This document shows positions 9,686 through 19,848 of a stretch of DNA of 64,000 nucleotides, in pieces (position 1 is the stretch's first letter; each line of letters begins with the position of its first letter). The stretch covers positions 3,520-67,519 of IMG/VR virus record IMGVR_UViG_3300026097_000020; one strand, 5' to 3'. Source of the DNA: a virus. Made by a program: the position numbers and the translations under genes. The notes under the pieces were generated by a model that worked only from the letters and a program-made list of their open reading frames with translations, was not told the origin of the DNA and did no database searches.

Positions 9686-10003
9686 ATGGCAACTACTGTA
9701 AATGAACAAAAAACCGTTAGTCTAATTGACGGTACACAAATCAATGTGCGTCCACTTAAAATCTCACTACTTCGTGAATTTATGAAAAAATTTGAAGGGA
9801 TTGCCGAGGTAGCCGACAGCAATGATAAGTCAATGAATATTCTTATGGAGTGTGTGCAAATCGCCATGAGACAGTACAGTCCAGAGCTTGCAGAAAACAA
9901 AGAGCAGCTTGAGGAAAATCTAGATTTGCCAACCGTATATAAAATTGTTGAAGAGGCTTCGGGGGTCAACATGTCTTCGATTAACGATATCGTTAATCCA
10001 TAA
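9686..10003 (+). CDS. tail assembly chaperone, short (G-like) paralog
   Basis: Shares DGT, PLK, LREFM, AM.QY.P, PTVY motifs with 8954-9637; AAAGGA RBS; promoter TGTTATAAT at 9645-9653. Confidence 0.75.
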   Translation: MATTVNEQKTVSLIDGTQINVRPLKISLLREFMKKFEGIAEVADSNDKSMNILMECVQIAMRQYSPELAENKEQLEENLDLPTVYKIVEEASGVNMSSINDIVNP

Positions 10004-10024
10004 TACATGAGAGGGTTCTGATGA

Positions 10025-13000
10025 ATGGCTGATGCCAATGCCAACATTCGGATAGGCGTTGATACGTCTGCTGCTTTAGCAGAAATTAAAAACCTGCAAA
10101 GGCAGATTTCTCTATTCCATAGCTCTATGGCCGCAAGCGGTAAAGCCGCTGCTGATCAGTCTGCTCGTATGCAGGCAAACCTTATGAATAGCATTAATGC
10201 TACTCGTGGGTTTACTGCTCGAATGACGACAATCTCTACAACTACAGATTCTTTTACTAATGCCCTTGAAAAGAACAAGCTTTCTATGGGGCAATACTTT
10301 CGGTATGCTGGAGGGGCTACAAAAAGTTTTGGTAGCCTCTTTAAGTCTGAGTTTAATACAATATCTAAGGTTGCCAGAGAAAGAGTAAAGGATTTACAGA
10401 CTCAATATATCAAGATGGGTCGTGATGCCGACGGCGCCATGAAGGCTATTGCTGTTAGGCCAACCACCCTAGATATGAAAAATCTGGGAACGCAAACAGC
10501 GATTGCAGCTCAGAAACAGCAACTATTTAATCAGCTAATTCGTCAAGGCTCTACCAACCTTCTTAACTGGGGTAAAAATACACAGTGGGCTGGTCGTCAG
10601 CTTATGGTTGGCTTTACTATCCCTCTTACAATCTTTGGCACCGTCGCCGCAAAAACCTTTATGGACCTCGAGGAACAGGCTATTAGATTTAAGCGTGTTT
10701 ATGGTGACATGTTTACAACTGATACTGAAGTTGATGAAGCACTTGCTGGAGTAAAAGAATTAGCTAGCGAGTTTACAAAATTTGGTGTTGCGGTAGAGGA
10801 TACTATCGACCTAGCAGCTAGCGTTGCACAAATGGGTGCTATGGGGGCCGATCTAACCAATCAGGTTACACAGGCTACGCGGCTTGCCGTTCTAGGTGGA
10901 ATTGAGCAACAAGATGCACTAGATACTACGATTTCACTAACTAACGCTTTTGGTTTGGCAACTGAAGAGCTTGCTGGTAAAATTGCATTCTTAAACGCAG
11001 CTGAAAACCAAACAATTCTTTCTATTGAAGATTTTAACGAGGCCATTCCTAAAGCTGGTTCTGTTGTTAAGCAGCTCGGTGGAGATGTGGAAGATCTTGC
11101 CTTCTTCTTAACAGCCATGCGTGAGGGCGGCATTAATGCTAGCCAGTCAGCAAACGCACTCAAATCATCGCTTGCTAGATTAATCAATCCTACCGAAGTT
11201 GCTAAAGAAAAAATGGCGGGATTTGGAATTGACATTCTTGGCATCGTAAACGACAATGCCGGAAATCTTAGAGAAACAATTCAGGTACTTGCGGTAGAAC
11301 TAGACAAGCTAGATCCATTAGATAAGTCTCGTGCCATTGAGCAATTGTTTGGAAAATTTCAGTTTGCAAGAATGTCTACTCTTTTTGAAAACATTGTTAA
11401 GGAGGGTAGTCAGGCAAACAAGATTTTAGAGCTGACAACAAACAGCACTGAAGAACTTGCAATTATTGCAGAAAGAGAGCTGGGGAGGGTATCAGAATCT
11501 CCAGCATATAAATTTAAAAAAGCTCTTGAAGAAATTCAAGTGGCCCTAGCTCCAATTGGAGAGGCCTTCCTTAAACTGGCTACTCCAATTATTGAATTTG
11601 GTACCAGAGTAATGGATCAATTTAATAATTTGAGCGATGGTGCAAAAACTTTTGTGGTAGGTCTTACCGCTGTTCTTGGTGTTGTTGCTCCAGCAGTACT
11701 TATGGTCATTGGTCTTGTTGCTAACGGTATTGCAAACCTGGTTAAATTTGGCCAGCTTGTTGCAAGAGCCTTTGGGTCCTCTAGAACTTCTAGCAACAAT
11801 CTGACAGAGCAGCTAAACTACATGAATGCTGAACAGGTTGAGTCAGCTGCAATAGCTGCTTCTTTGGAGCAGGCACATTCAAGACTAACTCAAGAATTTA
11901 CTGCCGAGGCTGGTGCAGTAAATAAATTAACAGCAGCATACACTAGAGCAATTGAAAAACAAAAATTAATGATGATGTCTGGTCCTGGTGCTGCAAGGAC
12001 TGGTGGACGAGTCGGAGCAAAGGTTAAAGGATACAACAAGGGCGTTGTTTCTGTACCAGGAAGCGGTAATAAAGATACTGTACCAGCTATGCTTACTCCC
12101 GGCGAATCAGTAATCCCCGCCGAAATGACTAAGCGGTACGCACCCTTAATTGAAGCAATGGTTGCGGGTGCAATTCCCGGATATAACAGGGGTAGAAATC
12201 CTTATCAAAGATCTCACATTACTGGGCAACTAGATCCTAACGATCCTAACGTGTTTAGTCAATTGCAGGCTATGTATCCAGGCACTTCTGCGGCACAGCT
12301 TCAAAACTTTGAAGTTCTTTCAGACCTAACAATGGACCTTCCTGAATGGATGAACCAAGATCTAAGGCCAAAATCTGGAGGCATTGCCCCAGACCAGTTT
12401 GATTTTTCTTCTAAGCAAACTAAAAATAAGCTTCTAGCTACTTCTAAATCAGCCGCCCAAGATATGGGTCTTGAGCTTGGAGATGAATATCTTTCTGGAC
12501 TTTCTCAGGGTTTTGAGGATGAGATTACAGACAGGGCATCAAGTCTTGCTAGACAGAGGGGCGTAAATGTAACAGACCCAATTCTTAGTGAGGCCAGAGA
12601 AGAAGTTCTAGAAAAAGCTAGAAAACAAGGCGGAAGCAGAGGCCTGTTGGCAGAAGGTCTTCAGCGTAAAGCAACAACTGTAGGAAGCACAAGGGCAGCT
12701 CTCGGAGGGCAGGAAGACGCCAAGCTTAGGAAAATGCTCGAGCGAGGAGAAGCTAAGGTAGTTCGCGGAACGGGTGGAGGACTTTCTGTATTTTCCGCCA
12801 ATGCTGACGGCAGCCAGGGGCCAAAGATCGGAAGATTTTCTGGTGGCTCTAGTGATCCAGAATTGCAAAAATGGTTTAACGAAGGTGCCGACCCCAAGAA
12901 ACTTCCACCTAAATATAAAATGCGAGGATCTAGCTCCACGCCTAGAGCGGGCACATACGAGACTCGTACCAGAATGGCAAACACGCCTGGTGGAATTTCC

Positions 13001-16000
13001 TCCAGAGCTACAGAGCAAAGACAGCAAGCCAGAAAAGACTTTAACGATCAGGCAGCAAAGAGTGCTCAGACTAATTCAGAATCAAAACGCACAAAAAGAA
13101 TTGCAAAAGATACAGTTGATGGATACGCTAATGAACTAAAGCGTGGAAAGAAAAAGGTACAGCAAACAGCTAAGGAAAAGGCTAAGCTAGAGCAGCAAAG
13201 CAAGGATCGTTTATATGGTGGGGCACAGCCAACACCACAAGAAAAAGCCGCTAGAAGACAAGCTGAGAAAAGAGCAAAGCAAGACGCTGCTCAGCAAAGA
13301 AGGACTGATCGTTTACGCAGAGAACAAAACCAACGAATGTATGGTACTCAAAACGTTACACCTGAAATGCGGGCCGCCAGGAAACAACAGGAAAATCTTG
13401 AAAAACAACGCAGGGCTACGCTTAAGCAGCAGCAGAAAAATAATCAGACTCAAACGAGAATTGTTAATCAGGAACAAGTAAATACAAAGAAGCTTAGTGT
13501 TGTAGAAAGACTTAAAGAAAGAGCTTTGCGTCGTCAACAGGCAAGACTTACTAGAGAGCAAGCAGTATCAGCACGAGCAGCCGCTGGAGGTGGGATGGGT
13601 GCTGGAAGAATGATGGGTGTTGGCATGGCCGCATCTTCTGCTGTAATGATGGGCTCGATGGCACCAGGAAAAGTTGGAGAGGTTGCCGGTAGTTTGATGG
13701 GGCCTGTCATGGCCTTGAGCATGGCTCTGCCAATGTTGACTAGCCCTATAGGCGTTGTGGTGGCTGCCCTTGGAGCATTGGGTGGTTCTCTTTGGTTCTT
13801 GAATAGTTCATTTAACAAGGGGGCCGAAGAGGGTATGAAGATGGCAGAGGCTTTTGGCGTGGGCTCCAAAGCGATAAAGTCGTTTGCTGAAAATGCAGGA
13901 AATGTTTCTGCTGGCGAAATTATGGATAAACGTAGAGAAGAAGCCGGTCAGATACTTAATATTCAGCCTGGCAAGTCTACCTTTGGAGAAACATTCTTAC
14001 AGGGCGATCCTGGAAAGGAAATGGTTGAAAACCTAAGAAAGACCTTTGAGAGTGGTCAATCTATGGGGGATGTCAGATCAGCTCTTATAAATCAAATGGG
14101 TACTGCAATTGCTACAGGTGCATTGTCCGCTGGTCAAGCCAGAAGCATTGTTGCAGAGTTGGCAGAAGAGATGGGGGACTATAACTTAGGCATTCAGGTA
14201 AACGGAGAATTACTTTCAATGTTTGGCCCCGACGGAGAAGATCTTTTAGAAAATCCCCTCGAGCTTAGAGTTAGACTTGTTGAAGAAAGCAGAGAGAATA
14301 TAAGAAGGATGGGTCAGCTTGTTTCCGAGCAGGGTCCAAGAACAGCTGGCAGAATAGGTGGAAACGTTGCTATTGGTGGTGGGGTTGGGGCAGCAGCTGG
14401 AGGGTTGGCTGCAACTCAAACAGGAATTGGAAATAGGATTGCCACTCAGCTTGCTGGAGGAATTGCCAAAATAGCTGCAAAGGCTGGTGCCCGAACAGCG
14501 GCCACAGCTGCCGCCGGAACTGCGGCTGGACCAATTGGAACAGCTATTGGTGCTGTTGCGGGAATTGGTTTGGGTATAGCAGACGCAGCAAAGTACATGA
14601 AAGACTTGGGTGTACTCACAGGAGGATTTGTCGCTAGTGGAGCCATGGCACTACAGCAACAGCAAGAGCTTTTAGACTCGTTGCAACTTGACTATGAAAA
14701 GAGAATTCAAATTGCAGATGCTGCTGGCGACACGGCAGAGGCAGAAAGATTGCAAAATCAATATATAGAAGATCGAGCAGCACTGTTAGAAGAAAATGCA
14801 AAAACGACTCAGGCATTCTTAGACACCTACTCAGAGTTTGACATTCTTTCAAAACGAGCTACTTCCGATAGTCTTTCAAAACAGCTTTCTTCACTTTACG
14901 AAGATCAACCATTGATGCAGGCCCAATTAGATTCTCTGGTCCAACAAATCGAGGGACTCGACTTTAACTTCTTTGCAGATTCCGAAAAAGAAATACAATT
15001 AAAGATGTCTCTTCTTTCTGGAGACTTAAGTCCAGGAGCTCTTTCAAGTCTTCTTAATTTAGATGACGACACGATTGACGTTGGCGTTAACCTGCTTGCC
15101 AAACTTGGTCAGGCTGAAGGCAATAGGGCTCTTTCATTAATGAGTATGTTTGTTGACAATGAGGGAAACCCAATAACAGAACAACAAACAAAATTCTTAG
15201 CTACAGTAGACGCAGCTCCATCAGGAGCGGAAGCTACCAAGTATCTAGACTTATTCCAGGAAATTCAAGAAATTGGTAACGTAGCCAATATGCAGATAGT
15301 TTTGGATTATTATTTAAATGATCCAAATGCAGCTTCACGGTTATCTGGTCAATTAAATGAAATTAGAAATATTGCAGCTCAAAACGAGGGTAGCTTAAGC
15401 ATAGACGTTTTCTCTAACGTTTTCGATGATCCAGAAGCGAGAGAAGCTTTGATGGATTATGCTGATGAATTTGATGCCCTTCCAGATTCTATGAAAATAG
15501 AGTTTATAGAGTCGTTTACAAAGCTTTACAATGTTGATGGTGATCCAGATGAGTTAGCGGCTTTTCGTGCAGAGGAGGGGTCAGATGCAACACGAGGAGA
15601 GTTTGATGTTTCTCGGGCAGATAGGCTGGTTAGAGGTGCTATGGCCGAGGGGGCGGCCTCCGATTTTGATGAGGAAACCGACACCGGCGGTGGAGGAGGC
15701 GGAGGACCACAGGCTTCTGAGCTAGATGACATTATCAAAAAACTAAGAGATGTAAGACTCGCTACTATCGATATGACAAAAGGATGGGAAGCATCTAGGG
15801 ATAAACTAGAAGAGCTTTTCGGAGACGGCAAAGACATCGATGTGTTTGATGGCCTAAAACAAAGAATGCGTGGCATGGGGCTAGGCGAAAATCTTATCGA
15901 TGTCATCGCCGGTATGCCAGCCGAAGAGTACGAAAGAAGAAAGAATCAACTATTTACATTTGACGAAGCTGGGAACATTACAGGTATTACAAAGACATTA

Positions 16001-19000
16001 GGCAATATGCAAAGAGCAATGAATGCCGTTGCATTAGGAGAATTCCACAATGAACAGCAGGCTGTATTAGCTGGATTAAATGATCAAATAGTTGCACATC
16101 GTAAACTTACTGCTGCTGGTTTAAGCAATGCTCAAGCATACGAAGCGGTAAAGAATAAAGCATTTGCAGCAGCAATAGCTAGAGAGCAAGACAATTCAAA
16201 GATTAAAGAGTCTATCAGGCTTATGGAAAAAGCTACAGAGGTTTCCAGAGCATACCAGGCAGCACAAGCTCTTGCTAGAAAAAATGAAGAAGTTGGAGAT
16301 TTGCGTGGGGTGGCAAGCTTTATACAAAAGAATGCAAAGTCTTTAAGCGAAGCACAAAAAGAAGCTATATTAAACGACAAAGATCTTCAAACTCTTGTTA
16401 TGAATCCAGAAGTAGATCCAAAGACTCTAAGACAAGCTTTAAAAAATGCAGAAAACCAGGCAGACCTAGATCTTAAAATCAAGAAGTTAACCTTTGATGG
16501 TTTGGTAGACGTTTTTAATGATGGATTTAATAATGCCATGGAAGCTTTTTCTGTAAAAGAAAAAGAAATTGAGCTAGATTTTGCTGTTAAAGAAGAGCCT
16601 TTCTTAGAAGCCATTAAAGATGCGGAAAGAGAAATTGCCGACATCAGAAATAGTGCTGGAGGTTTGGACGATCTTCAAGCGTCACTTGAAAGAATTTCTT
16701 GGCAAGAAGAAGAAATTAACGAAAAGTATGATCTTAGAACAGAAGCACTTGAAAAAGTTAAAGACATTAATAAAACAATTTCAGATCAACAAAAGTCTCA
16801 ACTAGACATTGCTGAAGCGTTGTCTCGTGGAGATATTGCAGCTGCCGCAAAGGCTGTTCAAGAATCTAGAAAACAAAGAGCTCAAGCAAGTCAGGCTAAG
16901 CAAGAAAAACAATTAGACATTGTTAGAGAAAAAGAGTTAGCTGCCCTAGTTGATGCAAGCGGTAGAAGTAGGCTAGAAATAGAAAAAGAAATTGAAAGAC
17001 TTAATCGAACAATTTTTGAAATTGAAGAACAAAGAATTGAACCTGCTCAAAGACAACTGGATATTCTTAATAGGCAAAAGCAGGACCTCATTGAGGGCCT
17101 TACTGTTTTGGGTAAAACAAGAGAAGAATGGGAGAGAGTAAAGAATAACGTTGACCTTGCCAGAATTAGTACTGACAAGTTTATTAAGTCAATGGAAGAT
17201 GCTTTAGATGTTGTTACAGACATTGTCGATTATTGGGACAACTTCCCCACAGAAAAACATGTTGACATTTTCCAAAATGTTAAGAGAATGGGCGAAGAAG
17301 AAGATGACTTGCCAGAAGCAGACGATGGACTGCTGGGTTCTAAAGATGGTCCAGGCGGAGGAACAGAAGAGGAAAAAGACAAAAAACTTTCAGTCGATGA
17401 CTCAAGGGCAAAGTTTAGAAGGCAAGAGTCTCTCGACATGGCTCGCTGGGAAGCTCAGCAAAGAGAACAGGAAGAAGACGCTACTCCACAATGGTTTGAT
17501 AAATTATTTACAGATTTTTCAATATTCCAACCAAAAGATGAAGACGGTAACAGAAGAACCGACTTAGAACCAAGAATCGGGTTTGATGTGGGGCAAGGCC
17601 CAACGTATGATGCAATTAAACCACTATTCACCAGGTTTGATGGTAAGGACGAACCAAGCTGGACAGAGAAAGCTCTCGATTGGTTAACCACCCCTCTTTG
17701 GGGCCCAGGTTCAAAAAATAGAGGATCTGGCTCACCAGTAGAAGAAACTTCAGCTTCCTCAAGACCACAAGTTCCCAGAACCTCAGATGGAAAAATTGAT
17801 TACGATCGACTGCCAGAACCTCAAACAGCCGGGTTTTCTTTGCCGGGACTTTCTCTGCCAGGATTTGGTAGCCCCTCCTCAAGTGCTATGCGTGGCTCAG
17901 GATCTCCAGCAGGTGGTGCACTCGGACCGATTAGAGGAGAAATAACCAAGCTTAATAGTGATATCCCAATGCTGCTTGCTGGGGTAGATAATCATTTTAG
18001 AACTCTACCAGAAAGAACTAATCAGCCCATTGTTGGGGGCGTAGGAAATAACTTTAGAACTTTGGGTTCAAGAACTCCCGAAAACCTATCTGGCATACCC
18101 AATTATCTCAAAGGTCCCCTAGCCTCTCAGGCTCAAGAGGGAATTAATTCTGGTATCAGGAATCCTCTACGTAGAACTGGCGACGAGTCTCCTTCTTACT
18201 TTACTCCACTTTCTCGATTCTTTACAACAGACTTGGTTAATTCTTCTAGCGAAGCAACTGGTAAAATTTTGCCGGACCATCTTAGTAGTCTGGGTAGAGA
18301 GGCCCCAGGTCGTCTAAATCCAATTACAGGATTCTTTGATAAGCTACCCGGTAAAGCGAAGCCCAGTATTGAAGGAGATTTAGTTGCCGCCTTTGAGGCA
18401 CTAGGAAATAACGCCCCCCTTGTGCTTGCTAAGATTACGCGGTATCTAACAGAGATGCCTTCTTTGCCATCTATTAGAGGAGCCATTGGTGTTCGACTTC
18501 CTCTACTCTTCCTTCAGGCAGGTCTTTCCTCTATTAGATTGTTTAAGATAATTGAGACTTACTTCAGGAGCCTACCCACAATCGTAAGAGGTCTTATTAA
18601 CGGAATTTCCTTTATGTTTTATTTAGAAGGGCGAGAGTCTGCAACAGCATTTATAAACGAGGTAAAGAGACAATTTAATAACTTTAAACCCGAAGTTACC
18701 ATTACCAGAAAAATCATAACAGTTTATGAGACTCAGACCAATGCTGGAGGATTGATTGGTAGCTACAACACTGGTGGTGCTGTTGCTGGCTTTAATAACG
18801 GTGGGGGGTATAGAGGTTTGCCAATGAGCAGAAAAGTTTCTGGTTCTGGAAACTACGATAAAGTAAAAACTCTTTTAACTCCAGGAGAATTTGTTATTAG
18901 AAAAGAAGCTGTAGAAAAATATGGTGACGGCCTGATGGCAGTGATTAATAGTGCCAAGTTACCAAGAGAAAGCTTTATGATGCCAACGTTTGAAAACGGT

Positions 19001-19186
19001 AGCTCCTCTTCGACCTCTTACAGAAACAATGTGGATGCACAAAAGAGCGGTGTCATGTATAATAGTAATAACTACGCAATTAATGTTAACGTAAGGTCTG
19101 AAGCCAATCCAGATCAAATTGCTAAAACAGTTATGAATAATATTAAGCGAGTCGATTCGCAAAGAATTAGGAGCAATAGGCTATAA
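10025..19186 (+). CDS. tape measure protein
   Basis: 3053 aa, Ala/Gly-rich and helical, TP901-type core, hydrophobic segments, two GSG..D.V..(M/L)LTPGE.VI motifs. Confidence 0.93.
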   Translation: MADANANIRIGVDTSAALAEIKNLQRQISLFHSSMAASGKAAADQSARMQANLMNSINATRGFTARMTTISTTTDSFTNALEKNKLSMGQYFRYAGGATKSFGSLFKSEFNTISKVARERVKDLQTQYIKMGRDADGAMKAIAVRPTTLDMKNLGTQTAIAAQKQQLFNQLIRQGSTNLLNWGKNTQWAGRQLMVGFTIPLTIFGTVAAKTFMDLEEQAIRFKRVYGDMFTTDTEVDEALAGVKELASEFTKFGVAVEDTIDLAASVAQMGAMGADLTNQVTQATRLAVLGGIEQQDALDTTISLTNAFGLATEELAGKIAFLNAAENQTILSIEDFNEAIPKAGSVVKQLGGDVEDLAFFLTAMREGGINASQSANALKSSLARLINPTEVAKEKMAGFGIDILGIVNDNAGNLRETIQVLAVELDKLDPLDKSRAIEQLFGKFQFARMSTLFENIVKEGSQANKILELTTNSTEELAIIAERELGRVSESPAYKFKKALEEIQVALAPIGEAFLKLATPIIEFGTRVMDQFNNLSDGAKTFVVGLTAVLGVVAPAVLMVIGLVANGIANLVKFGQLVARAFGSSRTSSNNLTEQLNYMNAEQVESAAIAASLEQAHSRLTQEFTAEAGAVNKLTAAYTRAIEKQKLMMMSGPGAARTGGRVGAKVKGYNKGVVSVPGSGNKDTVPAMLTPGESVIPAEMTKRYAPLIEAMVAGAIPGYNRGRNPYQRSHITGQLDPNDPNVFSQLQAMYPGTSAAQLQNFEVLSDLTMDLPEWMNQDLRPKSGGIAPDQFDFSSKQTKNKLLATSKSAAQDMGLELGDEYLSGLSQGFEDEITDRASSLARQRGVNVTDPILSEAREEVLEKARKQGGSRGLLAEGLQRKATTVGSTRAALGGQEDAKLRKMLERGEAKVVRGTGGGLSVFSANADGSQGPKIGRFSGGSSDPELQKWFNEGADPKKLPPKYKMRGSSSTPRAGTYETRTRMANTPGGISSRATEQRQQARKDFNDQAAKSAQTNSESKRTKRIAKDTVDGYANELKRGKKKVQQTAKEKAKLEQQSKDRLYGGAQPTPQEKAARRQAEKRAKQDAAQQRRTDRLRREQNQRMYGTQNVTPEMRAARKQQENLEKQRRATLKQQQKNNQTQTRIVNQEQVNTKKLSVVERLKERALRRQQARLTREQAVSARAAAGGGMGAGRMMGVGMAASSAVMMGSMAPGKVGEVAGSLMGPVMALSMALPMLTSPIGVVVAALGALGGSLWFLNSSFNKGAEEGMKMAEAFGVGSKAIKSFAENAGNVSAGEIMDKRREEAGQILNIQPGKSTFGETFLQGDPGKEMVENLRKTFESGQSMGDVRSALINQMGTAIATGALSAGQARSIVAELAEEMGDYNLGIQVNGELLSMFGPDGEDLLENPLELRVRLVEESRENIRRMGQLVSEQGPRTAGRIGGNVAIGGGVGAAAGGLAATQTGIGNRIATQLAGGIAKIAAKAGARTAATAAAGTAAGPIGTAIGAVAGIGLGIADAAKYMKDLGVLTGGFVASGAMALQQQQELLDSLQLDYEKRIQIADAAGDTAEAERLQNQYIEDRAALLEENAKTTQAFLDTYSEFDILSKRATSDSLSKQLSSLYEDQPLMQAQLDSLVQQIEGLDFNFFADSEKEIQLKMSLLSGDLSPGALSSLLNLDDDTIDVGVNLLAKLGQAEGNRALSLMSMFVDNEGNPITEQQTKFLATVDAAPSGAEATKYLDLFQEIQEIGNVANMQIVLDYYLNDPNAASRLSGQLNEIRNIAAQNEGSLSIDVFSNVFDDPEAREALMDYADEFDALPDSMKIEFIESFTKLYNVDGDPDELAAFRAEEGSDATRGEFDVSRADRLVRGAMAEGAASDFDEETDTGGGGGGGPQASELDDIIKKLRDVRLATIDMTKGWEASRDKLEELFGDGKDIDVFDGLKQRMRGMGLGENLIDVIAGMPAEEYERRKNQLFTFDEAGNITGITKTLGNMQRAMNAVALGEFHNEQQAVLAGLNDQIVAHRKLTAAGLSNAQAYEAVKNKAFAAAIAREQDNSKIKESIRLMEKATEVSRAYQAAQALARKNEEVGDLRGVASFIQKNAKSLSEAQKEAILNDKDLQTLVMNPEVDPKTLRQALKNAENQADLDLKIKKLTFDGLVDVFNDGFNNAMEAFSVKEKEIELDFAVKEEPFLEAIKDAEREIADIRNSAGGLDDLQASLERISWQEEEINEKYDLRTEALEKVKDINKTISDQQKSQLDIAEALSRGDIAAAAKAVQESRKQRAQASQAKQEKQLDIVREKELAALVDASGRSRLEIEKEIERLNRTIFEIEEQRIEPAQRQLDILNRQKQDLIEGLTVLGKTREEWERVKNNVDLARISTDKFIKSMEDALDVVTDIVDYWDNFPTEKHVDIFQNVKRMGEEEDDLPEADDGLLGSKDGPGGGTEEEKDKKLSVDDSRAKFRRQESLDMARWEAQQREQEEDATPQWFDKLFTDFSIFQPKDEDGNRRTDLEPRIGFDVGQGPTYDAIKPLFTRFDGKDEPSWTEKALDWLTTPLWGPGSKNRGSGSPVEETSASSRPQVPRTSDGKIDYDRLPEPQTAGFSLPGLSLPGFGSPSSSAMRGSGSPAGGALGPIRGEITKLNSDIPMLLAGVDNHFRTLPERTNQPIVGGVGNNFRTLGSRTPENLSGIPNYLKGPLASQAQEGINSGIRNPLRRTGDESPSYFTPLSRFFTTDLVNSSSEATGKILPDHLSSLGREAPGRLNPITGFFDKLPGKAKPSIEGDLVAAFEALGNNAPLVLAKITRYLTEMPSLPSIRGAIGVRLPLLFLQAGLSSIRLFKIIETYFRSLPTIVRGLINGISFMFYLEGRESATAFINEVKRQFNNFKPEVTITRKIITVYETQTNAGGLIGSYNTGGAVAGFNNGGGYRGLPMSRKVSGSGNYDKVKTLLTPGEFVIRKEAVEKYGDGLMAVINSAKLPRESFMMPTFENGSSSSTSYRNNVDAQKSGVMYNSNNYAINVNVRSEANPDQIAKTVMNNIKRVDSQRIRSNRL

Positions 19187-19848
19187 TGGCAGAACTAAGC
19201 TACATGGTTGGAAGAAAAGCCTATGCCAGACCTCAGGGTATTTTGCTAGCAAATAATTCTGGCTATATTTCACAAGGCAAAAGAATTCCAGAAGGTAATG
19301 AATTTGAAGATTTTATTATTCTTTCTGATGATAATCGAGGACCAATTAATTTTGCTATAAACAGACTTGAACGTAGAGAAAGAACTGTCAATGGAAGAAT
19401 GAGATCTTATCATATTGCAGACAAGCTTGACATCTCTGTAAGCTGGGAAATGCTTCCTTCTAGAGGATTTTCTGTTCAACCTAATTTTCAAGATGCTCTC
19501 CAAGCAAGTCCCGGTAGCGTAACAAATCTTGTAGAAACAACTGTAATAGAGGGCACCACTAGGCCAGTAAGTCCTTTTGGATCACCTTATTACCAAGATC
19601 AACAATACACTTCGGACGGCGGTGTAGGCGGTGTAGAGATACTTGATTGGTATGAGACTTATACAGGATCTTTTTGGGCTTTTTTATCGTACGACAATTA
19701 TAAAGATTTGGATGGAGATAGAAACAGGTTGTCAGAATATTCTGAAGTGGTAGAGGTTTTCTTTTCCTCATTTGACTATTCTGTTGAAAAAAGAGGCGGT
19801 TCTAATTTTGACTTTTGGAATATTAGTTTTAGCTTGGAAGAGGTTTAA
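19186..19848 (+). CDS. distal tail (Dit)-like protein
   Basis: Immediately after the tape measure; motif RTVNGRMR and C-terminal WNISFSLEEV. Confidence 0.7.
   Translation: MAELSYMVGRKAYARPQGILLANNSGYISQGKRIPEGNEFEDFIILSDDNRGPINFAINRLERRERTVNGRMRSYHIADKLDISVSWEMLPSRGFSVQPNFQDALQASPGSVTNLVETTVIEGTTRPVSPFGSPYYQDQQYTSDGGVGGVEILDWYETYTGSFWAFLSYDNYKDLDGDRNRLSEYSEVVEVFFSSFDYSVEKRGGSNFDFWNISFSLEEV

Noticed and set aside
10112-19162. Many 60-140-aa alternative-frame and antisense ORFs inside the tape measure gene
   Set aside because: Fully nested in a long real CDS, no recognisable motifs; expected by chance
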